Below are positions 1 to 8,807 of a stretch of 54,028 bases of DNA, one piece after another; the first letter of the stretch is position 1, and each line of letters starts with the position of its first letter. The DNA is taken from IMG/VR virus record IMGVR_UViG_3300044644_002613, one strand, 5' to 3'. The notes under the pieces were generated by a model. It did not search any database, was not told where the DNA came from, and worked only from the letters and a program-made list of their open reading frames with translations. Origin of the DNA: an uncultured virus (IMG/VR IMGVR_UViG_3300044644_002613). Lineage: Duplodnaviria > Heunggongvirae > Uroviricota > Caudoviricetes. Position numbers and translations under genes: made by a program.

Positions 1-1164
1 TACTGTAATGTCATACACTGTATCTTTTCCAATTTTTTCGATAGAAATAATTTCATCTTCAAGTTTTTGATCAATAAACCATTTATGATTGTCAATATAC
101 TTCTTTAACTTTTGCTGTTTTCTAGATAATCCAAAACCTATTTGCTCATAATACTTTACCGCTTCCTGTCCGGTTATGCGTACATGCCAACAAGAATCTT
201 TTTGTTTGCGTCTTGTTGATAATATGCAAAAATTCAACAAAACATTTTGTATTTGTCTGGAAAGAACTTCGCTTGCGGTGGAAAGAATAACACCAGCATC
301 CCCCGCATAACCATCACAATCAAAATACGATCTTACAAAAGAAGCGATAACACTCTTGGGCGATTTAAGAATAATTTCTGGTATTTGCTTAATCCTAGCA
401 CAGACTCCAGTTTTCATTCCCAAATAAACAAGTAGTTCTTCAAGTTCTTTTGAAGTTACAGAAATTCTATATCGACCATTTTTAGATGTGTCATCCCAAC
501 GAGATTTACAATCTATATTAAATAATTTCTTTGTAAGACGAATATAATTATCAGCTTGATCTTTATCTCCAGTTGTTAAGCCAAGAGTTCTCTTGCTTTT
601 AGATATATGACCATCTCCAATCATATATCCAACAAATGAAGCAAATTCTTCATCCATAGAAAAAGGTAAAGATATACATTTTCTTTTATTTCTCATGCAT
701 GTCATAGACTGATCATCATATTGCTTGAGCAATTTGTCTAAATTGTCATTTTTTTCTTCACCTTTATAATGATATTTTCTATAAACGACTTGAGACATAG
801 TCGCTGATGCTTTTTTACAGATTTGCTTCAATTCTATCCTTTTATTGGGCAATTTATAATCGATTTTTTGATATTTTTTCGTCCAAATATTTGAAAACGA
901 TATTTTAACTTTTTCTCCTACATTCATTTTATCAAGACGAACCCAATCATTATCACCCATAACTCTATGATTATTTGAACCCTCAAAAACATATCCTCTT
1001 CTAGTTTCAATCCTATAAACATCACGATTTTCAAAAGTGAACCAATTTGTCACATTTCTAGATTTTTCACCATCATAAACCATAACAGGCAACTTTTTAT
1101 CAACAATTTCACCTAATGTCAAAATGCCCATATTTGTAGATACAAGAGAATCTCTTCGTCCGCA
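1..1164 (-). mobile_element. Intein 2 in SpoVR with LAGLIDADG homing endonuclease (at least 388 aa, C-terminus outside window)
   Basis: Begins CGRRDSLVST right after TKVLNEGWA; block B EGSNNHRV; FVGYMIGDGH and FVRSYFDCDGY; the window ends in block F (EDEIISIEKIGKDTVYDITV). Confidence 0.9.
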
Positions 1165-3375
1165 AGCCCACCCCTCGTTTAATACCTTGGTTTGTCTCTG
1201 TGGGAAAAAATAAATTGATTCCTCATAGATCATAGACATAATATCTTGCTGCCATGGCTTCAATGGAGCATTATCACGCAAGAATCCAAAAACATCTTTA
1301 ACTGGTTCAATAAAAAATCCAAGCTCTTCTGCCAAATCTTTATCTTTAACCTTTTCGTTTTCTTTATCTTTAAAATCTTTGGTGTTGATATAAGAATCCA
1401 TATAAAGTCTATCATTGCCAACTTTTAGTCGCCTTGGAAAACGATAATTTTTTTTATCAATAATGTTTTTATCTTTAATTACTTTTTGATGCCAAGCTGA
1501 TGCACCATCAATTAAATTGTCGATGCGAAGCAAATAATCAAGAAATTCAGTAACCTTTTCTTTACCCCATCTAGCCATATATTTTCTTATACGACTCGCA
1601 TGATTCGCCATGTTATTCAACATATTTGTGTCAGTGGCAGAAAAATGAATATTATTTTTAAAGAAATCATTATGACCAGTAGCGTGAGCGATAACTGTCA
1701 AATGATCCAATAGAGTATTGCTATCTAAGCAATAGATGTAGCAAGGTGATGTATTATGGGTAATCAATCCATATGCAATAAAATCATGAGAATCATGATC
1801 CAATGCAATATCAACAGTTTCGATCTCATCTCCATCAACAACATGCTCAACAACAAATAAAGGATTTGAAATAATATCTTTAATTTCATTTGGAACACTT
1901 AATCCTTGATTTTCTGCTCTTTGTACAAATGAAGAAAAAGAATTAATCCCAACTTTTTGTTTCTCGAACATTTTAATTGAATAACCAAGACTATGGTTGT
2001 TATATGTTGTGATTCCTACACTTTTTGCCCACATAATCAATTGTCGTTGAATGTAAGGCAACTCCATTCCAGAACTACGACAAAATTTTCTATCAAGTAA
2101 TTTTTTAAGTAATTCTTGCTTATAGTTAAGCACAAAACCTATTCTATTGTAAAATTTATTTTCAGCCCAAATTCCCTTAATTTTAACAACATTAATATAT
2201 TTTTGATCACCTTTTTTACCCTTGCCATTTTTCAATGTTTTTAAATTAGAAAGAATTCCCATTTCCGAAAGCATAATCTGAACATCATCTGCCAATTTCT
2301 TATTATAACAACTAAAACCAACATGGTCAGCTACATAGCCATCAGTATCGAACAAACCACGAATAAAAGCACATCTATAGGCAGGAGGAGACTTCCAAAT
2401 AATATCTGGAATTATTTTTTCCTTAAATGTTTTACCTTTCTTTAAACCAATCGAATTAACAAAATCAACTGCGTTTTTTGAGCATAATGTTACATTGAAA
2501 CAATTTGGTTTTTCGTAAATCTCTGCAACAACTCCAAATACCTTTTTAAATAAATCTACAACATGTTCTGCATATGTCCTGTGTTTTTTACCAACAGCAA
2601 CGGTTAACATATTTTCAGCAGACTTTACTCCTATCGACCCATCTCCAACCAAAATTCCAAGAAGTTCCGCCAATTCTATCGTAATATGATTCGGTGGATA
2701 AATTTCTTTAATACAATGCCTAATGTTGGGCCTTGTTGATTCAAAAACTTGTTCGGATGACCAATCAATTCTTGGTGCATCCCAATTACTTTCATATGAA
2801 TCAGTTCCTACAAAAATATCACCAGATACAACATCCGATGCTTTTTTCCAGATTAAACCATTATTAGAAAGAACACGCCATTTGTGATTTGGCGTACATA
2901 CTAATGTTTGGCCATCTTTCAAACAAATTTTCTTAGTTTTAGAAGCGTTTTGTCTCTTTGTCGCAACAACATTCCTAGTTTCATTACCAACAATAACTTG
3001 ATCGCCTACCTTCACATCTCCAGCTATAATTGTACCACGCTTAGTCAAAACTGGAGCATTAAGTTCACAGCAATTGATTACCATTTCATATATCTTATGC
3101 ATTTGATTTTCATATCCACGCTGCAATTCTTCATATTGCATGCCAAACGACCAATGTGGATATCGTACTGGAAAACCACCATAAGCTGCTACTTCAGAGA
3201 TTTCATCGTAGGTAAGAAGTTGCACTACAGTTGGATAAAAGTCTAAACCCCAATCTCTACAAACATTCAAAATTATTTGAGCATGTTCTTTTAATTGTTT
3301 TGGAAGTTGAACACCAGGAATAGTGTTATCGCCAATAAGAAGAGAAGAGCCATGCATAAACTTGTTAGAAGACAT
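1..3375 (-). CDS. spoVR: SpoVR/YcgB family protein interrupted by two inteins; 3'-partial (runs off window start); absent from ORF track
   Basis: Segments translated by hand from ATG 3375 (overlapping the yeaH stop; alternative ATG 3357) to position 1 all fall in one frame. Extein motifs: WGLDFYP, AYGGFPVRYPHWSFGMQYEEL, KIYEMVIN|TSPCYIYCLDSN, AHATGHNDFFKNN, LKPWQQDIMSMIYEESIYFFPQRQTKVLNEGWA. Lies downstream of prkA and yeaH as in the known operon. Confidence 0.92.
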   Translation of the reverse strand, partial: MSSNKFMHGSSLLIGDNTIPGVQLPKQLKEHAQIILNVCRDWGLDFYPTVVQLLTYDEISEVAAYGGFPVRYPHWSFGMQYEELQRGYENQMHKIYEMVINCCELNAPVLTKRGTIIAGDVKVGDQVIVGNETRNVVATKRQNASKTKKICLKDGQTLVCTPNHKWRVLSNNGLIWKKASDVVSGDIFVGTDSYESNWDAPRIDWSSEQVFESTRPNIRHCIKEIYPPNHITIELAELLGILVGDGSIGVKSAENMLTVAVGKKHRTYAEHVVDLFKKVFGVVAEIYEKPNCFNVTLCSKNAVDFVNSIGLKKGKTFKEKIIPDIIWKSPPAYRCAFIRGLFDTDGYVADHVGFSCYNKKLADDVQIMLSEMGILSNLKTLKNGKGKKGDQKYINVVKIKGIWAENKFYNRIGFVLNYKQELLKKLLDRKFCRSSGMELPYIQRQLIMWAKSVGITTYNNHSLGYSIKMFEKQKVGINSFSSFVQRAENQGLSVPNEIKDIISNPLFVVEHVVDGDEIETVDIALDHDSHDFIAYGLITHNTSPCYIYCLDSNTLLDHLTVIAHATGHNDFFKNNIHFSATDTNMLNNMANHASRIRKYMARWGKEKVTEFLDYLLRIDNLIDGASAWHQKVIKDKNIIDKKNYRFPRRLKVGNDRLYMDSYINTKDFKDKENEKVKDKDLAEELGFFIEPVKDVFGFLRDNAPLKPWQQDIMSMIYEESIYFFPQRQTKVLNEGWACGRRDSLVSTNMGILTLGEIVDKKLPVMVYDGEKSRNVTNWFTFENRDVYRIETRRGYVFEGSNNHRVMGDNDWVRLDKMNVGEKVKISFSNIWTKKYQKIDYKLPNKRIELKQICKKASATMSQVVYRKYHYKGEEKNDNLDKLLKQYDDQSMTCMRNKRKCISLPFSMDEEFASFVGYMIGDGHISKSKRTLGLTTGDKDQADNYIRLTKKLFNIDCKSRWDDTSKNGRYRISVTSKELEELLVYLGMKTGVCARIKQIPEIILKSPKSVIASFVRSYFDCDGYAGDAGVILSTASEVLSRQIQNVLLNFCILSTRRKQKDSCWHVRITGQEAVKYYEQIGFGLSRKQQKLKKYIDNHKWFIDQKLEDEIISIEKIGKDTVYDITV
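1753..3072 (-). mobile_element. Intein 1 in SpoVR with LAGLIDADG homing endonuclease (440 aa)
   Basis: Begins CCELNAPVLT after ...YEMVIN; block B CTPNHKW; LAGLIDADG-like ELLGILVGDGS and FIRGLFDTDGY; ends FIAYGLITHN followed by Thr+1 (TSPCY). Removing it restores the SpoVR motif YEMVIN-TSPCY. Confidence 0.93.
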
Positions 3376-4585
3376 TATCGGACTCCGTATTCAATTTAGC
3401 TTTTGATTTATCTGAACCCATTAATTTTTGAATAGCTTCTAATATTTGTTGATTTCTTTTTTCTTCTGTTAAAACAGCACCACCTTCTGCATTTATTTCA
3501 GTGGTCTTAATATTTTCTCTATTAAGATCTCCCTTTTCCAAAGCTTGATCAACTACATTTTTTATTGAGTTTGCGTAATTCCAAGGAAGTATTTGTGTTA
3601 TTCCAACAAGATTTACGATTCTTTCTCCAAATGATTCTTTTAATGTGTTTATAAAAACTTGATTATCTTCTTCCCAATTGTCGCCATCGGTAAAATAAAA
3701 TACATATATATTCCATTTTTCTGGGGGATATCGATTTTCAAATTGCTTAGAAATGAATTTCAAAGCAGAGCTACAAGTAGTGCCACCGCCAAATCTATAA
3801 TTATAAAATTTTTCTTCATCTACTTCCATAGCAGAAGAATCATGCCAAACAAAAAGTCTATCTACTCTTTTGTAAAATCTTCTAATCCAAACATCAATCC
3901 ACCAAGCCATATCAGAAACTATTTCGCACTTTTGCTGATCCATACTTCCAGATCCATCTCTAGCATATATGATCAAAGCATTACTTGAAGGAACTTTAAT
4001 TTCCTTGTATTGCCTATATCTTTTATCTCTTTTTATTGGCTTGATTGCCTTAATTGGATCTTTGCATCCTGGTACTATTTCCAAATCATTTATAGTTCCA
4101 TCTGCTGCTTGTCTTTTTAGAGCTTCTAAAAATGTTCTTCTGTTATGCCTTAGTGATTCTGGGCCTACTAAAGATATGTTGTTATATTTTATTTTTACTT
4201 CATCAAATGTGTCGCTTACTTTTGGCTTTAGATTTGGAAGTTCTAATTCTCCCTGCATGAATTTTAAAACTTCTTCAAGGTCAAGACTTATGGTAATTCC
4301 TTCACTTTCATCTTGACCAGCACCATTGCCATTACCCTTGCCCTTTTTGCCCTTGTCGATCACATCGCCATCTTTGCCTTTTCCTCTTCCTGTTCCATTT
4401 CCATTATCGCCATAAAGGATTTGCGGAATATCGATTTTTGGAATGGATATCGATATTTTACCACGCTTACCTCTAGACTTAACAATTTGGCCACTTTTGA
4501 TAAATTTCTTTAGAGCTTTGCGTAGCTTGCCAGAAACAACATCAATAAAATCTTTGTGGTCTTCTTCAATTCTTCTAGGACACAT
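3365..4585 (-). CDS. yeaH: YeaH/YhbH (DUF444) family, vWA/MIDAS-like domain
   Basis: Gly-rich linker GNGAGQDE, ELELPNLKPK, DKRYR, MIDAS-like DGSGSM...GGGTTCSSA...FTDGDNW; lies between prkA and spoVR. Confidence 0.9.
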   Translation of the reverse strand: MCPRRIEEDHKDFIDVVSGKLRKALKKFIKSGQIVKSRGKRGKISISIPKIDIPQILYGDNGNGTGRGKGKDGDVIDKGKKGKGNGNGAGQDESEGITISLDLEEVLKFMQGELELPNLKPKVSDTFDEVKIKYNNISLVGPESLRHNRRTFLEALKRQAADGTINDLEIVPGCKDPIKAIKPIKRDKRYRQYKEIKVPSSNALIIYARDGSGSMDQQKCEIVSDMAWWIDVWIRRFYKRVDRLFVWHDSSAMEVDEEKFYNYRFGGGTTCSSALKFISKQFENRYPPEKWNIYVFYFTDGDNWEEDNQVFINTLKESFGERIVNLVGITQILPWNYANSIKNVVDQALEKGDLNRENIKTTEINAEGGAVLTEEKRNQQILEAIQKLMGSDKSKAKLNTESDNVF

Positions 4586-4621
4586 ATTTTAACAACCTCT
4601 TTACAAAAATTATTTGACATA

Positions 4622-6694
4622 TTATTCTTCTGCCAAATCGCCTCTAGCAAATATGCTTCCTACAAAATCAAGAACATCTGTTGCCGATCTTTCATTGTAC
4701 CCGTATTGTTTTATCAAACGAGTCTTTATTGCATCGATCTTTTCTTGTATATCTTTATCAACTACTGTGGCACCAGAAACATTTAAAGCAGAAAGCTTAA
4801 TAGTGTCTTTAACATCTTCAAACAATTTAGCTTCCAATGCTTTTTTCAATTTAGAATTAGAATCCCATCGGAATGTCTTATGCTTAATTGCAAGATCTCC
4901 AATGAATGCAGCGATTTGTCTTCGGAAATCATCAGCACCTTGCTCTGGGATATCTATTTTCGATTCAACAGCCCTCATAAGCCTTTCGTCTGGCTTTCTA
5001 TCTTGTCCAGTAATTGGATCTTTGATTTTAGACTTATTGATATAGGCCATGATATTATCGATATAGTTGGTGCATAAACGAATTACTGCATCTTCATCGC
5101 CAACCAAGGCCTTTTGAACTTCTGCCTTCAAAATTTCAGTCAATTTCTTCACCACCAAATCAACACAAGTAATATATCGACCAACATCATCTTTATTATT
5201 TAGCAAAGAACTACCTTCTAGGCCATCTCTTAGTTCATTCAAAACCATGAACATATTTACATAATCATGATTGTTCGCAAGGCAATTGGAAAGTTTGTCT
5301 TGAATATATCGAACAGAAACACCTCTAGTCATGCCTTCGTCTGGATATCTGTCTTTTAGCTCTTTGACCTGTTCGTCTGTCCAACCTGGTAAGAGCTTAC
5401 CATCATACAATTCTGCTTTTTCAACCAAAGATATCTTTCCATCTTTGTCGTCATTTAGTCTTGTCAAAATTGCCCATAATGCAGCAACTTCCAAGGTATG
5501 TGGAGCAATATGTTGCTTTACTTTTGTTGGCCCATAATCTTTTTCTAGAATCTTTAGCTCTTCTTCCCAACGCAAAGTATAAGGAACATCAATCTTTACA
5601 GTTCTATCTCTAAGTGCTTCCATATATTGATTGCTTCTAAGTTTTTCATATTCTGGATTATTGGTGTGTGTAAATATAGCCTCATCGATACCAACTTGAC
5701 TAAATTTCTTTGGCTTGATACTTTGTTCTTGTGATGCTCCTAAGAGATCGTACAAGAATGCTTGATCTAGCTTCAAAGCCTCTATAAATTCAATCATTCC
5801 CCGATTTCCCACACAAAATTCCCCGTCAAAATTAAAAGCTCTAGGATCAGAATCGGCACCGAATGTTCCAATTCTGCCAAAGTTTATATCGCCAGTAAGT
5901 TCAGTACTATCTTGATTTTTTTCGTCTTTAGGTTGAAATGTTGCAATACCACAACGATCAGACTCACTAAATGTCTTACGAATAACACGGATATGTTTTT
6001 CAAGAATCTTTTCCAAATCACCATCATATTTTTTCAACAATGCATTCATGAAAAATCTACATCTTGGATCTAGTTCTCCTTCGCATCGCAATTCATAAAT
6101 TTCAGATCTTTCACTTTCTGGAACTGATTCTAACAAAGCACGATTAATTTCTTCCATGATTGGCTTTCGCACTTCTGGTGGCAGTAGCTTTAATGGCTGC
6201 TCATGCATTGGGCATTCATCTTCATCTTTTAAGTAAATCCCATCGACACCTGTTGGAAGATTAATCCATTTAAAACTATACCAAGCTCCAGCATCGGTGG
6301 TGGAATAACGCTCCATTTCTCTTTTGAACAATCTGCAAAGAGTTGATTTTGAGCTTCCTACAGGACCATGAAGAAGCAAAATTCGTTTTTCTGTTCCGAA
6401 ATGACCAGCAGCACCCTTGATGAATTTAACAAGAGAATCTTTAGTTGGTGTCAAGCCAATAATGGGATATTCTGGGTTGTCGAAAAAATTATAATGTTTA
6501 TATGTTTTGCGATATTCTTCTACTGGGTAGAATCCTTTTTCTATCACCATATCAAAAATAATTTGCCAAGAATTCCTAAGTAACTTTGGATTGGTGTAAC
6601 ACAAATCTACATATTCAGAAAACGACATTTCGTTATTGAGAATTTTAAATTTACTTTGATCAAATTTACCTATAAACTTATTTAAAGCGTTCAT
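4622..6694 (-). CDS. prkA: PrkA/YeaG family AAA+ ATPase / serine protein kinase
   Basis: EKRILLLHGPVGSSKST (Walker A), CPMHEQPL, FQPKDEKNQDSTELTG, SDPRAFNFDGEF, NRGMIEFIE, MEALRDR, HIAPHTLE; SD GGAG upstream. Confidence 0.95.
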   Translation of the reverse strand: MNALNKFIGKFDQSKFKILNNEMSFSEYVDLCYTNPKLLRNSWQIIFDMVIEKGFYPVEEYRKTYKHYNFFDNPEYPIIGLTPTKDSLVKFIKGAAGHFGTEKRILLLHGPVGSSKSTLCRLFKREMERYSTTDAGAWYSFKWINLPTGVDGIYLKDEDECPMHEQPLKLLPPEVRKPIMEEINRALLESVPESERSEIYELRCEGELDPRCRFFMNALLKKYDGDLEKILEKHIRVIRKTFSESDRCGIATFQPKDEKNQDSTELTGDINFGRIGTFGADSDPRAFNFDGEFCVGNRGMIEFIEALKLDQAFLYDLLGASQEQSIKPKKFSQVGIDEAIFTHTNNPEYEKLRSNQYMEALRDRTVKIDVPYTLRWEEELKILEKDYGPTKVKQHIAPHTLEVAALWAILTRLNDDKDGKISLVEKAELYDGKLLPGWTDEQVKELKDRYPDEGMTRGVSVRYIQDKLSNCLANNHDYVNMFMVLNELRDGLEGSSLLNNKDDVGRYITCVDLVVKKLTEILKAEVQKALVGDEDAVIRLCTNYIDNIMAYINKSKIKDPITGQDRKPDERLMRAVESKIDIPEQGADDFRRQIAAFIGDLAIKHKTFRWDSNSKLKKALEAKLFEDVKDTIKLSALNVSGATVVDKDIQEKIDAIKTRLIKQYGYNERSATDVLDFVGSIFARGDLAEE

Positions 6695-6736
6695 CTGCTA
6701 TCTCCGTTATATTTTCTGTAATGGCACAACTAATTC

Positions 6737-6765
6737 ATTATAAGGTGAATCTTTTATTTTGTAAA
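6737..6765 (-). promoter_or_regulatory. sigma70-type promoter for the prkA-yeaH-spoVR operon
   Basis: Minus strand TTTACA-17 nt-TATAAT; the -10 box ends 43 nt upstream of the prkA ATG. Confidence 0.7.
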
Positions 6766-6782
6766 TAACTTTCTAAATTATT

Positions 6783-7148
6783 TCACTTTACTTCGCCCCA
6801 TGCACTATCATTTTCAATATCATTTAATGGGTTAGATCTTTCAGCTTCGCCATATGGATTAGATCCCATATGAGAATTTTCTTGTGCGTTAGACCTTTGA
6901 TCTGTGACACCGCCAGGTCGTTCCATATTCCATTTATGTCTATAGTCATGACCTGAAGAATCACTGTTCCAAACATCTGTGCCAATTGGATTGGTGAATT
7001 TAACCCTACAAGCGGTAAGGAGTTTTGTTTTTGATTTGGATTTACATTTTGGACAGGAAACATTTTTATATTTTCCTGTCTTATCGAAGTCGGCAATCTC
7101 TTCCCAAGATTTTTTACATTTATTACATTCAAAAGCATAATTCGGCAT
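6783..7148 (-). CDS. FmdB-like zinc-ribbon protein
   Basis: MPNYAFECNKC...CPKCKS N-terminus. Confidence 0.75.
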   Translation of the reverse strand: MPNYAFECNKCKKSWEEIADFDKTGKYKNVSCPKCKSKSKTKLLTACRVKFTNPIGTDVWNSDSSGHDYRHKWNMERPGGVTDQRSNAQENSHMGSNPYGEAERSNPLNDIENDSAWGEVK

Positions 7149-7157
7149 TTTATAATC

Positions 7158-7442
7158 CTATAAATTTTGTAAATCTCTAAACTTTTTATAAACTGTAGAG
7201 ATTTTATCTAATTTAGTATCAAGTTTATAAAAGTTCCACCAAAAAGATTTACTACAAAATTTAATAGCCTTATCAATAAGCTTTTGATTTAATGCCATAT
7301 AAGTAAGTTCTACATTTTCTTGTTGTAGTGCTTGCTCTTCTGCCAATAGCTCTTTGTATTCTTCGGGAGAAATAGGCCTGTTCATTTCTTCTTCAAATTC
7401 TTCATCTTCTTCGTCATTATCTTCAAATTCAAATCGTTTCAT
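7158..7442 (-). CDS. Acidic hypothetical protein
   Basis: Start moved to MKRFEF (SD GAGG, follows upstream stop). Confidence 0.6.
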   Translation of the reverse strand: MKRFEFEDNDEEDEEFEEEMNRPISPEEYKELLAEEQALQQENVELTYMALNQKLIDKAIKFCSKSFWWNFYKLDTKLDKISTVYKKFRDLQNL

Positions 7443-7443
7443 T

Positions 7444-8064
7444 TTAACCTCTGAATATGCATTCAAATATGTTTGTAGCCGACATCCATATATCATCCAA
7501 TCTTCTTTCGTTTAGGCCTAACAAAGTACGATTGTATTTGGCCAAAGGATGAAATGGATACTCATCTTTATTTATCCATGAAGACAAATTAAAGTTACCC
7601 CAACCATTAGAATATGTCACAAAATTCACAATTTTATCTTCTTTTACATCACAATATAAATCAGATTTCTCTTCAAAATTAGAATTTAAGTCATTTACTA
7701 AATAAAAATCATTTTTTTTATAATTTTTTTTAGAATGCAAAAAACTATTTTGCTCTAGCTCACGAACACAAATTATATCAGAACTAACAATCAAAGCTGG
7801 TAAACTTAGCTTGTCTTTTTCAATAAAATAACGCAAATAAGACAAACTATCGCTTGTTTTTAAAATTTCAAAATTAAAATTGAGCTTTTTTGCCCACATA
7901 AACAAATTTCGTTTTATGTCTTTTCTTTGACATGCTATTGCTATTTTTGCTTCTGGTAAGTATTTAGAAAATGAATAGGCACTAAGAAAAGCCATCCAAT
8001 CACTTGAAATGCTATGATCGCAACAAATTAAAACACTTAAATTTTCGCCAGTACTTGTAATCAT
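7444..8064 (-). CDS. Hypothetical protein
   Basis: 206-aa ORF co-oriented and tightly packed; no recognised motif. Confidence 0.65.
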   Translation of the reverse strand: MITSTGENLSVLICCDHSISSDWMAFLSAYSFSKYLPEAKIAIACQRKDIKRNLFMWAKKLNFNFEILKTSDSLSYLRYFIEKDKLSLPALIVSSDIICVRELEQNSFLHSKKNYKKNDFYLVNDLNSNFEEKSDLYCDVKEDKIVNFVTYSNGWGNFNLSSWINKDEYPFHPLAKYNRTLLGLNERRLDDIWMSATNIFECIFRG

Positions 8065-8090
8065 GCATTAATTGAGAATGGAAGATCAAA

Positions 8091-8252
8091 TTAAATATGA
8101 TCTTCTTTTTTTGATTTGTATACAGAAGTGAATTTTAGGTTTGTTGGCTTTGCTGGACTAACTTTTTTTGCCATAAGCATATTTGGAGAATTGGCACCTT
8201 TTGACTTAAAACCATAAAATTTTTCGTTCAAAAATTGTTGAAATGTTATCAT
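8091..8252 (-). CDS. Small basic protein (53 aa) with capsid-targeting-like N-terminus; below ORF-track cutoff
   Basis: ATGA overlap with upstream gene; MITFQQFLNEKFYGFKSKG...KKEDHI. Confidence 0.6.
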   Translation of the reverse strand: MITFQQFLNEKFYGFKSKGANSPNMLMAKKVSPAKPTNLKFTSVYKSKKEDHI

Positions 8253-8548
8253 TTTGCAGTTCCTATTGTGCCAACTGCTGGGGCTGTTGTTTTTTTATTT
8301 TGTTGCTGTTTAATCATATTTTGAATTGCAATAGGATCAGGCTGTAAAGGAATGCCTGATTTTTTCATATTAGCCAATGAAGCTTTGTATTTAGGATCTT
8401 CTTGAGTCATTTTCCAAGTTTGAGCAGGTGTCAAAGGTTTGTTAGTTTTAGGGTCTGTACCATATATTTGTGGTAAATTTTTCAATAGATCGCTAAATGT
8501 TCCAACTTGTTTTTCATCCGACTCTAGCCAATTTTTAAAATTAATCAT
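8249..8548 (-). CDS. Hypothetical protein, possible head-internal protein
   Basis: MINFKNWLESDE N-terminus; SD-like AAGGGG. Confidence 0.65.
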   Translation of the reverse strand: MINFKNWLESDEKQVGTFSDLLKNLPQIYGTDPKTNKPLTPAQTWKMTQEDPKYKASLANMKKSGIPLQPDPIAIQNMIKQQQNKKTTAPAVGTIGTAK

Positions 8549-8603
8549 TTATACCCCTTTTCAATCTATATATATTTGTCACAAATCTTTAATTAGGTGA
8601 AAA

Positions 8604-8807
8604 ATGAAATTTTGTTGCTTTTACAATATGTTTTTTAGTGCTATTTTTGGATTTTTTCTTTGTTTTTTTATTATTGGAACACAACTTATAAAAGAAAACG
8701 AAAAAGAAAAACATGATCACAAAACCTGTCAAAAATGCGTGTGCGAAAAAAAATGTAATTGTCCACATGAAAAAGAACCATGCGAAACTAAATGTTTATG
8801 CGATTAA
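8604..8807 (+). CDS. Small membrane-anchored Cys/His-rich protein
   Basis: SD AGGTG; hydrophobic N-half, then HDHKTCQKCVCEKKCNCPHEKEPCETKCLCD. Confidence 0.5.
   Translation: MKFCCFYNMFFSAIFGFFLCFFIIGTQLIKENEKEKHDHKTCQKCVCEKKCNCPHEKEPCETKCLCD

Noticed and set aside
247..3246. Short + strand ORFs (247, 1246, 2908)
   Set aside because: Antisense shadows of spoVR and its inteins.
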